Assembly: GCA_046758965.1 (NCBI GenBank)
Contig: JBHIBG010000006.1
Location: forward strand, 29,930 to 93,929
Origin: Candidatus Methylomirabilia bacterium
GTDB taxonomy: Bacteria; Methylomirabilota; Methylomirabilia; Rokubacteriales; CSP1-6
Length of the DNA: 64,000 nt
Reading direction: 5' to 3'
This document shows positions 37,480-47,032 of the stretch, one piece after another. The position numbers and the translations under genes were made by a program. Position 1 is the first letter of the stretch. Each line of letters begins with the position of its first letter. Under the pieces are notes generated by a model. That model did not search any database. It saw nothing but the letters and a program-made list of their open reading frames with translations, and was not told where the DNA came from.

Positions 37480-38616
37480 TTATTCCGGGGTGGGGATGCG
37501 AACCCACCCCTCCATCAGGCGGCGGGCCGTGCGGTACACGGTCACCTGCCGCACCTGCCAGAGCCCCCTGGTCAGCTCGACCACGGCGTTGACTGGCAGG
37601 ATGCCCGAAGGATGAGCGAGACGGAGGTCTAAGAGACCGTCGCGGCGAGCGGCTGTCCCGAGCGCTTCGTGAACTACGCTCCCTTCGATCCGGGCCGCCA
37701 CGGCAAGACAGATGGCGGCGGTGAGGGCAAAGGCGCGGTGGCACTTTCCCATCGAGATCACGCGTGCCGTGACATCCGCCTCATCGGTTCTGACCGGCCG
37801 ACCGTCCAGGGCGGAGAACTCTCCCGGAGGGGCGACCATCGCGACCTTGGGGAGCGCCGGACTCTCTCCGAGACCCATGAGCCCGGCCGCCGCGCGACGA
37901 ATGGCTTCGAGCTTCATCAGGAGGGGCCTGTCGCTGTCCACGGCATCGGGCGGCTCGGTCCCGACACAGCCCAGATCCCGAGCCCGGACAAACACCATCG
38001 GGTTGGTGGCGTCCACGAGAGAGACCTCGACTGACCCCACTCCGGGGGTTTCCAGGAGCTCGCGAGGCTTGCCGGTGGGAAGAAGCGCCCCGGTAACGGC
38101 GCCCCCGGGGTCCAGGAAGTTCAACGCGATCCGAGCCCCCCTGCCGGGCACCCCAGGGAGCTCGAAGTCGCCGGTCGCCGCCGCCTCGCCATCGGCTACC
38201 GAGACCCGCGCGACAACCAACTTCCTGGTGTTCGTGTTGTGAAGACGTACCGCGGTCTCGGGCTCCTTCGCCGGCACCAGCCCCTCATCGATGGCGAACG
38301 GCCCCACGGCGGCGGTGCAGTTGCCGCAGTTGCCGGTGTAGTCCACCAGCGGCTCGCTCACGCTCACCTGAGCGAAGGTGTAGTCCAGGTCAGCGTCCGT
38401 GGTCGTCGGGGGCCCGACGATGACCGCCTTGGAGAGTGACGAGATCCCACCGCCCAGGCCATCGAGCTGGCGGCCGTACGGGTCCGGACTCCCCAGGGCA
38501 GCGAGGAGGATCCGATCTCGGGCGGATATATCCTTCGGCAGGTCAGCCTCCTGAAAGAAGAGGGCGCGGCTGGTGCCGCCGCGCATGAACACGGCGCGCA
38601 CTCGCGACTGTCTCAC
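37480..38616 (-). CDS. prpF: PrpF family isomerase
   Basis: MRGGTSR, DPYGRQLDGLGGG.SS.SK, NCGN, HPSG, RTARRLMEG; GTGA overlap with the aconitase stop. Confidence 0.88.
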   Translation of the reverse strand: MRQSRVRAVFMRGGTSRALFFQEADLPKDISARDRILLAALGSPDPYGRQLDGLGGGISSLSKAVIVGPPTTTDADLDYTFAQVSVSEPLVDYTGNCGNCTAAVGPFAIDEGLVPAKEPETAVRLHNTNTRKLVVARVSVADGEAAATGDFELPGVPGRGARIALNFLDPGGAVTGALLPTGKPRELLETPGVGSVEVSLVDATNPMVFVRARDLGCVGTEPPDAVDSDRPLLMKLEAIRRAAAGLMGLGESPALPKVAMVAPPGEFSALDGRPVRTDEADVTARVISMGKCHRAFALTAAICLAVAARIEGSVVHEALGTAARRDGLLDLRLAHPSGILPVNAVVELTRGLWQVRQVTVYRTARRLMEGWVRIPTPE

Positions 38617-40541
38617 CGGGCCGCTCCCACCCCGGCAGTGTGGGCCAGGAGCCCGCCCGCGAGGAGGATCTCCCGCTCGCGGCCGGTGAGCCTGCATCGA
38701 GCCCGAAGCCGACGCCCCCCGCTGGACTCGAGGCTCACCGCTCCTTCCTGAACTTCCTCCCGCACGCGATGAACCGAAAGCCGCTCACCCGGCTCCACCC
38801 GGTCGTAGTCCGAAGGATCGACAAACTCGAGGGGAATGATCCCCCAGTTGATGAGGTTGGCGCGGTGGATCCTCGCGAAGGATTTGGCGAGCACCGCCCG
38901 GACCCCGAGGAACATGGGGGCAATCGCCGCGTGCTCGCGAGAGGAACCCTGGCCGTAGTGCTCTCCCGCCACCAGAAAGCCGCCTCCTGCCGCCTTCGCT
39001 CTGGCCGGAAAGTCGGGATCCAGGTGCTTGAAGCAGAATTCGGCGATCGCCGGGATGTTGGAGCGAAAGATCAGGATCTGAGCCCCGGACGGGAGAATGT
39101 CGTCCGTGGAGACGTTGTCCCCCAGCCTGAGCAGAACCTCGCCCTCGACGGAGTCAGTGAGGGACCGCCCCATCGGGACCTCTCTGATATTGGGCCCCTT
39201 GACCACGGTCACGCTCTCACCTGCCGAAGCCGGGGGAACCAGCCCGGCGGTGGAGCCCTCAAAGGTGGCCGGGAAGACGATCGGCGGAGCCCGTCCGAGC
39301 CGTCGGGGGTCGGTGATCACACCGGAGAGCGCCGAGGCTGCCGCCACCAGCGAGGAGCAGAGATAGATCTCGTCGTTCTTCACCCCACTCCGACCCGGGA
39401 AGTTGCGGTTGAAGGCACGGAGGCTCTTGATCCCGGTGGCCGGCACATGGCCGAGACCGGGGCAGGCGCCACAAGTGGACTCCGAGATCACGCATCCCGC
39501 CGAGAGGAGATCGGCCACGAGCCCTTCGCGAGCCATCACCTCCAGGACCCGGTGGCTCCCCGGGAACAGGATGAAGGACACCGACGGGTGAACCGTTCGC
39601 CCTTTCACGACCGCGGTCACCCCGTACATGTCCTCCCAGGAGCCGTTGGTGCAGCTCCCCACCATGACCTGCTCCACTTTGGTCCCCTCGACCTCGCCGA
39701 CCGGGACCACCCTGTCGGGGGAGCCCGGAAGCGCCACCAGCGGCTCGATCTGGCCCAGGTCCAGCTGGATCTCGCCGTCGTAGTCGGCGTCACGATCGGC
39801 AGCGAAGGGTTGCCAAGCCGCCTCCCGGCCGAGGCGCCGCAGGTACTCGCGGGTGATCTCATCGGACGGGAACACCGAGGTGGTCAGCGAGAGCTCAGCG
39901 CCCATGTTGGCGATCGTGGCGCGCTCCGGGAGTGACAGCTGTTCGAGCCCCGGGCCAGCGTACTCGAAGATCTTGCCGCTTCCCCCCTTGACCGTGAGCC
40001 GCCGGAGCAGCTCCAGGATCACGTCCTTGGCGGTCACCCACGAGCCAAGGCGTCCGGTGAGCCACACCCGGATGACCTCGGGCATGGTGAAGGCATAGGG
40101 CGCCCCCCCCATCGCCGCGGCGACATCCAGCCCACCGGCACCGATGGCCAGCATCGCCAGGCTCCCCGAGAGTGGGGTGTGGCTGTCGGTTCCGAGCAAG
40201 ATCTCTCCAGGCGCGCTGAAGGTCTCCAAGTGGACCTGATGACAGATCCCGTTTCCGGGCTTGGAGAAGTAGGCGCCGTATGCGCGGGAGGCGCTCTCGA
40301 GATAGCGGTGGTCGTCGGAGTTCCGGTAGTCGAACTGGTAGACATTGTGGTCGATGTAGGTGACGACCTGCCGGGCGCGGACCCGGGGAAACCCCATGGC
40401 CTCGAACAGGAGGAAGGCCGTGGTCCCGTTAGTGTCGGTCAGGAGGATCTGGTCCACACCGATGCCGATCTCCTCGCCGGCTACCGGTTTACCCGTTGCC
40501 AGGCGGGGCTCGAGCAGCTTCCGGACCAGGTTTAGACCCAC
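38613..40541 (-). CDS. Aconitate hydratase (short AcnA type)
   Basis: DHN, GNGICHQ, DSHT, GSCTN, CGACPG, NRNF.GR, YGQGSSREHA. Confidence 0.9.
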   Translation of the reverse strand: MGLNLVRKLLEPRLATGKPVAGEEIGIGVDQILLTDTNGTTAFLLFEAMGFPRVRARQVVTYIDHNVYQFDYRNSDDHRYLESASRAYGAYFSKPGNGICHQVHLETFSAPGEILLGTDSHTPLSGSLAMLAIGAGGLDVAAAMGGAPYAFTMPEVIRVWLTGRLGSWVTAKDVILELLRRLTVKGGSGKIFEYAGPGLEQLSLPERATIANMGAELSLTTSVFPSDEITREYLRRLGREAAWQPFAADRDADYDGEIQLDLGQIEPLVALPGSPDRVVPVGEVEGTKVEQVMVGSCTNGSWEDMYGVTAVVKGRTVHPSVSFILFPGSHRVLEVMAREGLVADLLSAGCVISESTCGACPGLGHVPATGIKSLRAFNRNFPGRSGVKNDEIYLCSSLVAAASALSGVITDPRRLGRAPPIVFPATFEGSTAGLVPPASAGESVTVVKGPNIREVPMGRSLTDSVEGEVLLRLGDNVSTDDILPSGAQILIFRSNIPAIAEFCFKHLDPDFPARAKAAGGGFLVAGEHYGQGSSREHAAIAPMFLGVRAVLAKSFARIHRANLINWGIIPLEFVDPSDYDRVEPGERLSVHRVREEVQEGAVSLESSGGRRLRARCRLTGREREILLAGGLLAHTAGVGAAR

Positions 40542-40546
40542 GTCCC

Positions 40547-41689
40547 TCAACCCCCGCGCTTGTCCACCGACACGAACGGCCGCCGCCCCGGCCCCGTGTA
40601 GGCGCCCCGGGGCCGGATCAGGCGGTTGTCCGCGTGCTGCTCCAGAATATGCGCGGTCCACCCCGCGATGCGCCCCGCCGCGATCACCGGGGTAAAGAGC
40701 TCAACGGGGATCCCCAGGGCGTAAAAGAGCGGGGCCGAGTAAAAGTCTACATTCGGGATCAGGCCCTTCTCCCGGTTCACCACCTCGTGGAGGCGGCAGG
40801 CCAGGTCAAACCACTCCCCCCGGCCTGATTGTCGGCAGGCCGCCTCCGCCAGAGCGCGGAGCACCCTCGCCCGAGGGTCGCCGGCCCGGTACACGCGGTG
40901 GCCGAACCCCATGAGCCGCCGCTTCTTCGCCAGCGCCTCCCGCGTGAAGGCTTCCACGTTGTCGACCGCGCCGATCTCCTGGAGCGTGCGCATCACGGCC
41001 TCGCCGGCGCCCCCGTGCAGGGGGCCCCTGAGCGCGCCGGCTCCCGCAGCCACCGCGGAATGCATGTCCGACAGCGTGGACGACACCACCCGCGCCGTGA
41101 ATGTGGAGGCATTCATCTCATGTTCAGCATAGAGGGTCAGACTGGCATCGAAGGCTCTCCGGCTCGCCTCCGCCGGCACCTGCCCGGTCAGCATGTAGAG
41201 GAAATTGGCGGCGTGGCCCAGCTCTGTCGAAGGCGGCACCGGGGCCCGGCCGCTTCTGACGCGGTGGCAGGCGCAGATCGCGGTCGCGAGCTGAGAGGTC
41301 AGCCGGATGGCTTTCCTGAGGTTCGCTTCGCGGGAGTGGTCGTCCCGGTCAGGGTCGAAAGTCCCGAGCATCGCCACCGAGAGCTGAAGCGCCCGCATGG
41401 GGTCGGCATCAGCGGGCAGCAGGCGGTAGGCCGAGATGACGGCCTCCGGGAGCGACCGGACCTCGACCAGCGCCTGCCTGAAGCGCTCCAGAGTCGGCCG
41501 GGACGGGAGCTCGCCGTGCCACAGCACGTAGGCGACCTCTTCGTAGGTTGCGAGCCGGGCGAGGTCGTCGATGTCGTATCCCTGGTAGGCCAGCCGCCCG
41601 TTCTCTCCGTCCAGATCGCAGAGGGCTGTCTCCGCCGCAATGACGCCTTCCAGCCCCTTCACCACCGCGCCTGCCTGTGTCATGGTCAT
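40547..41689 (-). CDS. Citrate / 2-methylcitrate synthase
   Basis: KGLEGV, HEMNASTF, LHGGA, GFGHRVY, PNVDFY. Confidence 0.92.
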   Translation of the reverse strand: MTMTQAGAVVKGLEGVIAAETALCDLDGENGRLAYQGYDIDDLARLATYEEVAYVLWHGELPSRPTLERFRQALVEVRSLPEAVISAYRLLPADADPMRALQLSVAMLGTFDPDRDDHSREANLRKAIRLTSQLATAICACHRVRSGRAPVPPSTELGHAANFLYMLTGQVPAEASRRAFDASLTLYAEHEMNASTFTARVVSSTLSDMHSAVAAGAGALRGPLHGGAGEAVMRTLQEIGAVDNVEAFTREALAKKRRLMGFGHRVYRAGDPRARVLRALAEAACRQSGRGEWFDLACRLHEVVNREKGLIPNVDFYSAPLFYALGIPVELFTPVIAAGRIAGWTAHILEQHADNRLIRPRGAYTGPGRRPFVSVDKRGG

Positions 41690-41774
41690 TCCTCTCCGGG
41701 AGGTCGTTCCCCCCTCCCCCTACTCCCGTCACCCGTGTCCTCACGCCGCTCGCTCGTGGCGTGAATGACCGGGG

Positions 41775-43370
41775 TCATGGAGTGAGGAGCTGCCCGGCCG
41801 AAACTGGCTGCATCCTCCCGTCATCAACCACCACCCGGCCGTTCACGATAACGTACGGGATGCCGGTCGGGTGGCGGTGGGGCTCCCCGAACGTGGCCTC
41901 GTCTCTCACGCTCCGAGGATCGAAGAGAGCCAGGTCCGCCGCGTATCCCGCACGGATCAGCCCTCGATCCTTGAGGCCGAGCTTCGCCGCGGGCATCCCC
42001 GTCATCTTGCTCACCGCAATCTCCCACGAGAGGAGCCCCTTGTCCCGGACGTACTGCCCCAGCACGCGGGGAAACGTCCCGTACATCCGAGGGTGGGGCT
42101 TGCCGGGATGAGGCCCGGGGCCCCGAGACAGCCCGATCGAATCCGAACCGATCATCACGTGCGGGTGAGCCAGGGCTTTCATCACATTCTCTTCGGCCTG
42201 AGAGAACAGCACCATGGAGACCGCTCCCCGCTCTTCCACGAGGAGCTCCAGCATCGCCTCGGCTCCCGGCCGCTCCTGACGGTGGGCCAGATCGGCGATC
42301 GTCAGCCCTTCCAACTCCCGTCTCGAGCAGGTGGCAACCATGACTCCGCCCCACCCGGTGCTCCCCGAGGCTGTCTGCCATCGGTCGCCGGCGAGCGAAC
42401 ACTCCTCCACGATCTGCCTTCGCGTTGCTGGGTCGGAAATCCGATCCAGCAGCCTACCCATCCCGCCGTCGTGGACCCATGGCGGCAGGAGGTTGATCAT
42501 CACCGTACTCCCCGCGACGTACGGGTAGACATCGGCCGTGACCTCCACGGTCCGAGCTCGAGCTTCGTCGATCAGCTGCAGAGCCCGCTCCATCTTGGGC
42601 CAATTCTCCCGGCCCGCAGCCTTGATATGCGCGATCTGAACCGGCACGCCTCCATCCTCGCCGATCCTGATGGCTTCAGCGATGGCTTCCTCCAAGGTCC
42701 GAGCCTCCCCCCGGATGTGAGAAAAGTAGAGCCCGCCACGCCTGGCCATGGAGCGCGCAAGGGCGATCAGCTCCTCGGTCGCGGCATAGGCGCTCGGCGG
42801 GTAGACGAGCCCAGTGGAGAAGCCCCAGGCCCCCGCCTCCAGGGCTTCAGCCAGAAGCCGTTCCATCGCCGCCCGCTCACCGGGACTCGGTGGCCGATTC
42901 TCCGATCCCACCGTCGCCGACCTGAGCGCCCCGTGGCCGACGAACAGCACGATATTGAGCGATGGCCCGGCGGCGCGAAGCCGGTCCAGGTATTGAGCGA
43001 AGCTCTGCCACTCCACCCTCAGGCGCGCACCCAGGGCTGAGGCCATCGTCTCCAGCGCCTGCCTGCGCTCGGGGGCAGCCGGAGCGGGAGAGAAGCCACA
43101 CATTCCCGCCACCTCCGTCGTGACCCCTTGGCGCACCTTGGACTCGGCGGAGGGGCACTCGAGATAGAAGAAGTCAGAATGCGAGTGAATGTCGATGAAG
43201 CCCGGCGCCACCATGAGGCCGGTCGCGTCGATGGTCTGCCCCGCCTGACCCGGGAGTCCCGGACCGACGGCGACGATCCGGTCCCGTTCGAGAGCCACAT
43301 CAGCGCCGAATGCCGGCGCTCCCGAGCCGTCCACCACGACCCCGTTCTTGATCAGAATGGACCAGGCCAT
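41775..43370 (-). CDS. N-acyl-D-amino-acid deacylase (D-aminoacylase family)
   Basis: PGFIDIHSHSD, STGLVYPP, SHIRGE, DVYPY, GSD, HPRMYGTFPRVLG. Confidence 0.9.
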   Translation of the reverse strand: MAWSILIKNGVVVDGSGAPAFGADVALERDRIVAVGPGLPGQAGQTIDATGLMVAPGFIDIHSHSDFFYLECPSAESKVRQGVTTEVAGMCGFSPAPAAPERRQALETMASALGARLRVEWQSFAQYLDRLRAAGPSLNIVLFVGHGALRSATVGSENRPPSPGERAAMERLLAEALEAGAWGFSTGLVYPPSAYAATEELIALARSMARRGGLYFSHIRGEARTLEEAIAEAIRIGEDGGVPVQIAHIKAAGRENWPKMERALQLIDEARARTVEVTADVYPYVAGSTVMINLLPPWVHDGGMGRLLDRISDPATRRQIVEECSLAGDRWQTASGSTGWGGVMVATCSRRELEGLTIADLAHRQERPGAEAMLELLVEERGAVSMVLFSQAEENVMKALAHPHVMIGSDSIGLSRGPGPHPGKPHPRMYGTFPRVLGQYVRDKGLLSWEIAVSKMTGMPAAKLGLKDRGLIRAGYAADLALFDPRSVRDEATFGEPHRHPTGIPYVIVNGRVVVDDGRMQPVSAGQLLTP

Positions 43371-43453
43371 GACCTTTGCGCGTCTGCCATTATGCTCTTC
43401 TGCCCCCATGCCGGGCAATCGTGGTAGCATCGGGGGCTGGAGGAAGGCTCCAG

Positions 43454-43708
43454 ATGCCGTATCCCCCGCTGTTGTTCGACCCAGAGTTCGTGCCCCAGGT
43501 GGCCAGCGGCTACGGGCTCACGCTGCTCGGCGGGCTCCTCCTGCTGGCCACAGGGGTCTGGTGGTCGCTCGCCGGCAACGGGACGCGCCTCGACCCCAAG
43601 CCCAGAGCCTGGCGTCTCCTCGCATCCGCGGGCTGGCTCCTTTTCATCCTGGGGTTCCTCTGGCAGATCGTCGGCTACGTCGCGATCGGGGCCACCACCT
43701 GGCCGTAG
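43454..43708 (+). CDS. Small two-TM hypothetical membrane protein
   Basis: Two hydrophobic helices; GGAGG RBS upstream. Confidence 0.65.
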   Translation: MPYPPLLFDPEFVPQVASGYGLTLLGGLLLLATGVWWSLAGNGTRLDPKPRAWRLLASAGWLLFILGFLWQIVGYVAIGATTWP

Positions 43709-43722
43709 CCGGCAAGCTTCGC

Positions 43723-44988
43723 TCACCGGCGCTGAGACGGTCTCCCGCGCGGCCGCTCCCGCCATCGTCCGGGCCGGCCAGTCCGAGGGTGGCGAACCCC
43801 GAAGCGGCGGCCGGGCTCTTCGGCGAGAGGCGCTGCCTCGGGAACGAAGAAGTCGTCCTCGGGCCACTCCACGGGAATTTTCTGGCCGATGAACTTTTCA
43901 ATAGGCTCAAGGCTCAGGGCCGCGGCTTCGTCCACCAGGTTGATGACTTTCCCTTCGGCCCCCACCCGGGCTGTGCGGCCGATCCGATGCACATAATCCT
44001 CCGGATCCTGGGGGAGGTCCCAGTTAATCACGTGGGTTACCGCTTCGATGTGGAGCCCGCGTGAGGCGACGTCCGTCGCCACGAGTATCGGAATCGCTCC
44101 CCCTTTGAACTGATCCAGAGTCTTGAGCCGCTGCTTCTGATCGATATCACCCGTCAAGGTCTTCGCCCTCCACCCGTTCCGGGCAAGCCGCTCCGTGAGC
44201 CGGTGGGCTTCTCGTCGGGTGTTCGAGAAGATCAGGATCCGGCTCCCTCCCTCGCGCCGGAGGAGGCCCAGGAGCAGGTTGATCTTCTGCTCGCGTCCCA
44301 CGTGGTAGAGAAGCTGCGTGGCTTTCTCCACGGTCTTCTGCCTGGGAGTGATGGTGATCTGGACCGGGTTGTTCATGAACTCCCAGGTCAGCTCCAGCAC
44401 CCGAAAGCCGAGAGTGGCTGAAAAGAGGAACGACTGGCGCCGCTCCGGAGGCGGCAGCCGCCGGAGAATGAAGCGGATGTCCGCGATGAACCCCATGTCG
44501 AACATCCGGTCCGCCTCGTCGATCACCACCACTTCGACCTTGCGCGGCGACCAGGCATGCTGCTTGAAGTAATCGATGAGCCGACCGGGGGTCCCCACGA
44601 GAAGATCGCACCCCTCCCGGAGCGCTTGTCGCTGCTTCGCATAGTCGATCCCGCCGTAGACCGCGAGGATCCGGAGGGCCGTATACCCACCCAGCAGGCG
44701 AGCATCGGCCTCGATCTGAACCGTGAGTTCGCGGGTGGGGGCGATGATGAGGACGCGAGGGGTGGTGACCGGACCCCGTGCCGGCGCGGGCGTGCGCAGG
44801 CACCGCGTGAACGCGGCGATCAGGAAAGCCGCGGTCTTGCCCGTCCCGGTCTGGGACTGGCCCGCCACGTCCTTCCCTTTCAGCGCCACGGGGAGGACCG
44901 CCTCCTGGATCGGCATGCAGATGGTGAAGCCGGCACCCCGAATCCCCCGAAGGACCGGCTCGGGGAGATCGAGGTCGGTGAATCTCAT
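43723..44988 (-). CDS. DEAD-box RNA helicase (RhlB-like)
   Basis: QTGTGKT, PTREL, DEAD, SAT, DVASRGL, HRIGRTAR. Confidence 0.93.
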   Translation of the reverse strand: MRFTDLDLPEPVLRGIRGAGFTICMPIQEAVLPVALKGKDVAGQSQTGTGKTAAFLIAAFTRCLRTPAPARGPVTTPRVLIIAPTRELTVQIEADARLLGGYTALRILAVYGGIDYAKQRQALREGCDLLVGTPGRLIDYFKQHAWSPRKVEVVVIDEADRMFDMGFIADIRFILRRLPPPERRQSFLFSATLGFRVLELTWEFMNNPVQITITPRQKTVEKATQLLYHVGREQKINLLLGLLRREGGSRILIFSNTRREAHRLTERLARNGWRAKTLTGDIDQKQRLKTLDQFKGGAIPILVATDVASRGLHIEAVTHVINWDLPQDPEDYVHRIGRTARVGAEGKVINLVDEAAALSLEPIEKFIGQKIPVEWPEDDFFVPEAAPLAEEPGRRFGVRHPRTGRPGRWRERPRGRPSQRR

Positions 44989-45034
44989 CGTGCCCCAGCC
45001 AGGGCGAGCCCAGCTATCGCCCGATCAGCCACGG

Positions 45035-45784
45035 TCATTTCCGTTCCCCGGAGGTCGGGGCGGCGGTCCGCTTGCGTCCGAAGATGCGCGCGGCGAGGAT
45101 CCCCACCTCGTAGAGGATGATGATCGGACCTGCCATCAGGGTCTGGTTGAACCAGTCCGGCGTTGGAGTCAGGATGGCGGCAGCAACGAAGCTCAGGAGG
45201 ACGGCGTACTTCCGGTTTTTCGCCAGGAACTCGGGGGTCACGAGGCCCATGCGCGAGGCCACCGTGATAGCGAGGGGAAGCTCGAAGACCAGGCCGAAGG
45301 CGATCGTGAGTTTCAGGATAAGGTCCACGTACCTCCCAACAGAGAGCGTGGGGGTAAGGCCAGCGGTCTTAAATTCCAGCAGAAACTTGATCGCATAGCG
45401 CTTAATGACCAGCTGGGCGAAGGTCACACCGATGGCAAAGAACAGTGTGCCGACCACAACGAACGGCACGGCATAGCGGCGCTCGTGCGGGTGAAGCCCG
45501 GGGGAGACAAAGGCCCAGACTTGGTAGAGGACGAACGGCAGTACCAGGAAGAACCCCGAGATCATCGCCACCTTCATGTTTGTCCAGAAGGGCTCGACGG
45601 CGCTCAGGAAGACCAGCTTGACTCCCTTGGCATGCACCGGCTCCGCCAGGAAGTCGATGATCTGCTCTGAGAAGTAGAAGGTAGCCAGGAACCCGACGCC
45701 GATGGCCACGATGCTCAAGATGATCCGCAACCGGAGCTCGCCCAGATGCTCGAAGAACGACATTCTGGTGTCGGCCTGGTCCAT
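45035..45784 (-). CDS. tatC: Twin-arginine translocase subunit TatC
   Basis: HLGELR.R, FVSPGL..E, FELP, ILTPTPD, LYE. Confidence 0.93.
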   Translation of the reverse strand: MDQADTRMSFFEHLGELRLRIILSIVAIGVGFLATFYFSEQIIDFLAEPVHAKGVKLVFLSAVEPFWTNMKVAMISGFFLVLPFVLYQVWAFVSPGLHPHERRYAVPFVVVGTLFFAIGVTFAQLVIKRYAIKFLLEFKTAGLTPTLSVGRYVDLILKLTIAFGLVFELPLAITVASRMGLVTPEFLAKNRKYAVLLSFVAAAILTPTPDWFNQTLMAGPIIILYEVGILAARIFGRKRTAAPTSGERK

Positions 45785-45786
45785 CT

Positions 45787-46575
45787 CTACCACTCCGTGA
45801 GAAAGTGGCGAAGCGCCCCCACCCCACGCCCGATGGCGAACCCTTCTCGGATCGCCCTCGTCACATAGGCCTTGGCCTCGCGCACTGCCGGCTCAAGGGG
45901 GAGCCCCTTTGCCAACCCCGCCGCGATGGCTGCTGAGTAGGTGCAGCCGGTGCCGTGGGTGTTCGTCGAATCGATCCGGGGCGCACTGAAGGCGATGAAC
46001 GCGTTGCCGTTCCAGAGCACGTCCACGGCTTCCCCCTTGAGGTGTCCTCCCTTGACGAGCACGGATCGCGGCCCCAAGCGGTGGATGCGCCGGGCCGCTT
46101 CCTCCATCCCCTCCCGGTCCTCCACCGGAAATCCCGCCAGGGCTCCAGCCTCATGGAGATTGGGAGTCACCACGAGCGCGAGCGGCAGGATCTCCGAGAT
46201 CAGCGCGGCCTGGGCGCCCGGCTGGAGCAGCGGATCGCCGGATTTGGCGATCATCACCGGATCCACGACCAGCTTCCCCACCCCGTACTCTCGGAGCTTG
46301 GCGGCAACGGCGTGGATGATGGGAGCGGCGGCGAGCATTCCGGTTTTAGCGGCGTCTGTTCCCAGATCTCCGAAAATCGCATCGAGCTGGCGGGCGACGA
46401 ACTCGGGGGGAAGCTCCGCCACCCCCTGCACTCCCAGAGAGTTCTGGGCAGTGATCGCCGTGAGCACGGAGCTGCCGAAGACGCCGAAGGCGGTGAAGGT
46501 TTTGAGGTCCGCCTGAATGCCTGCGCCACCGCCAGAATCAGAGCCGGCGACGGTCAGGGCCTTGGGGATCCCCAT
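45787..46575 (-). CDS. thiD: Hydroxymethylpyrimidine/phosphomethylpyrimidine kinase
   Basis: AGSDSGGGAGIQADLKT, DPVM, TPN, KGGH, HGTGCT. Confidence 0.95.
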   Translation of the reverse strand: MGIPKALTVAGSDSGGGAGIQADLKTFTAFGVFGSSVLTAITAQNSLGVQGVAELPPEFVARQLDAIFGDLGTDAAKTGMLAAAPIIHAVAAKLREYGVGKLVVDPVMIAKSGDPLLQPGAQAALISEILPLALVVTPNLHEAGALAGFPVEDREGMEEAARRIHRLGPRSVLVKGGHLKGEAVDVLWNGNAFIAFSAPRIDSTNTHGTGCTYSAAIAAGLAKGLPLEPAVREAKAYVTRAIREGFAIGRGVGALRHFLTEW

Positions 46576-47026
46576 GCTCGCTTCGCTCCTTTGATCGTTC
46601 CCAGCTCTTCCCGGGATCCAGCAGATGAGCCACGCGCCAGCCCCGGGCTTCGAGGGCGCGGGCAATGAAGCGCCGGTGGCACCGCCACGGCCAGCGTTCC
46701 GCTCAGAGCACGGCCGCCCGCCGAGCGCGCGCCAGACGCTCCAGCTCCTGGAGGCCGACCTGGAACTCGGCCGTTCCCATGTACGCCTCGTACCCGCCGT
46801 CCCTGTAACCTCCCAGGGCCGCCCCCAGGTGGTGGTAGGCAAGCCCGGCGGCCTCGAGCGCCTCGGCCAGTGACGATCGGTTGAAGTGAGGATGGCGAGC
46901 CGAGGCCGGCCAGCGCCGCACATCGATCACGGCCTCGATCCCGGCCGCGGCGAGGAGCGAGAAGAGCGCATCCAGGCTGCGGGTCGAGTGCCCGACGGTG
47001 AACATCAGGTCTACCCTCAACCCCAC
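46538..47026 (-). CDS. DUF488 family protein with in-frame TGA at the conserved Cys (candidate selenoprotein; alternatively a pseudogene)
   Basis: FTVGHSTR, DVRRWP.S, LGG.R, then L-[TGA 46703-46705]-AERWPWRCHRRFIA in the same frame up to a TGA at 46538; alternative start ATG 47005. Confidence 0.75.
46667..46702 (-). promoter_or_regulatory. Putative bacterial SECIS element
   Basis: After the UGA: GAA-CGCUG-[GCC]-GUGGC-(GGU loop)-GCCAC-CGGCG-[C]-UUC; 19 nt separate the UGA from the loop. Confidence 0.55.
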
Positions 47027-47032
47027 CGGCGC

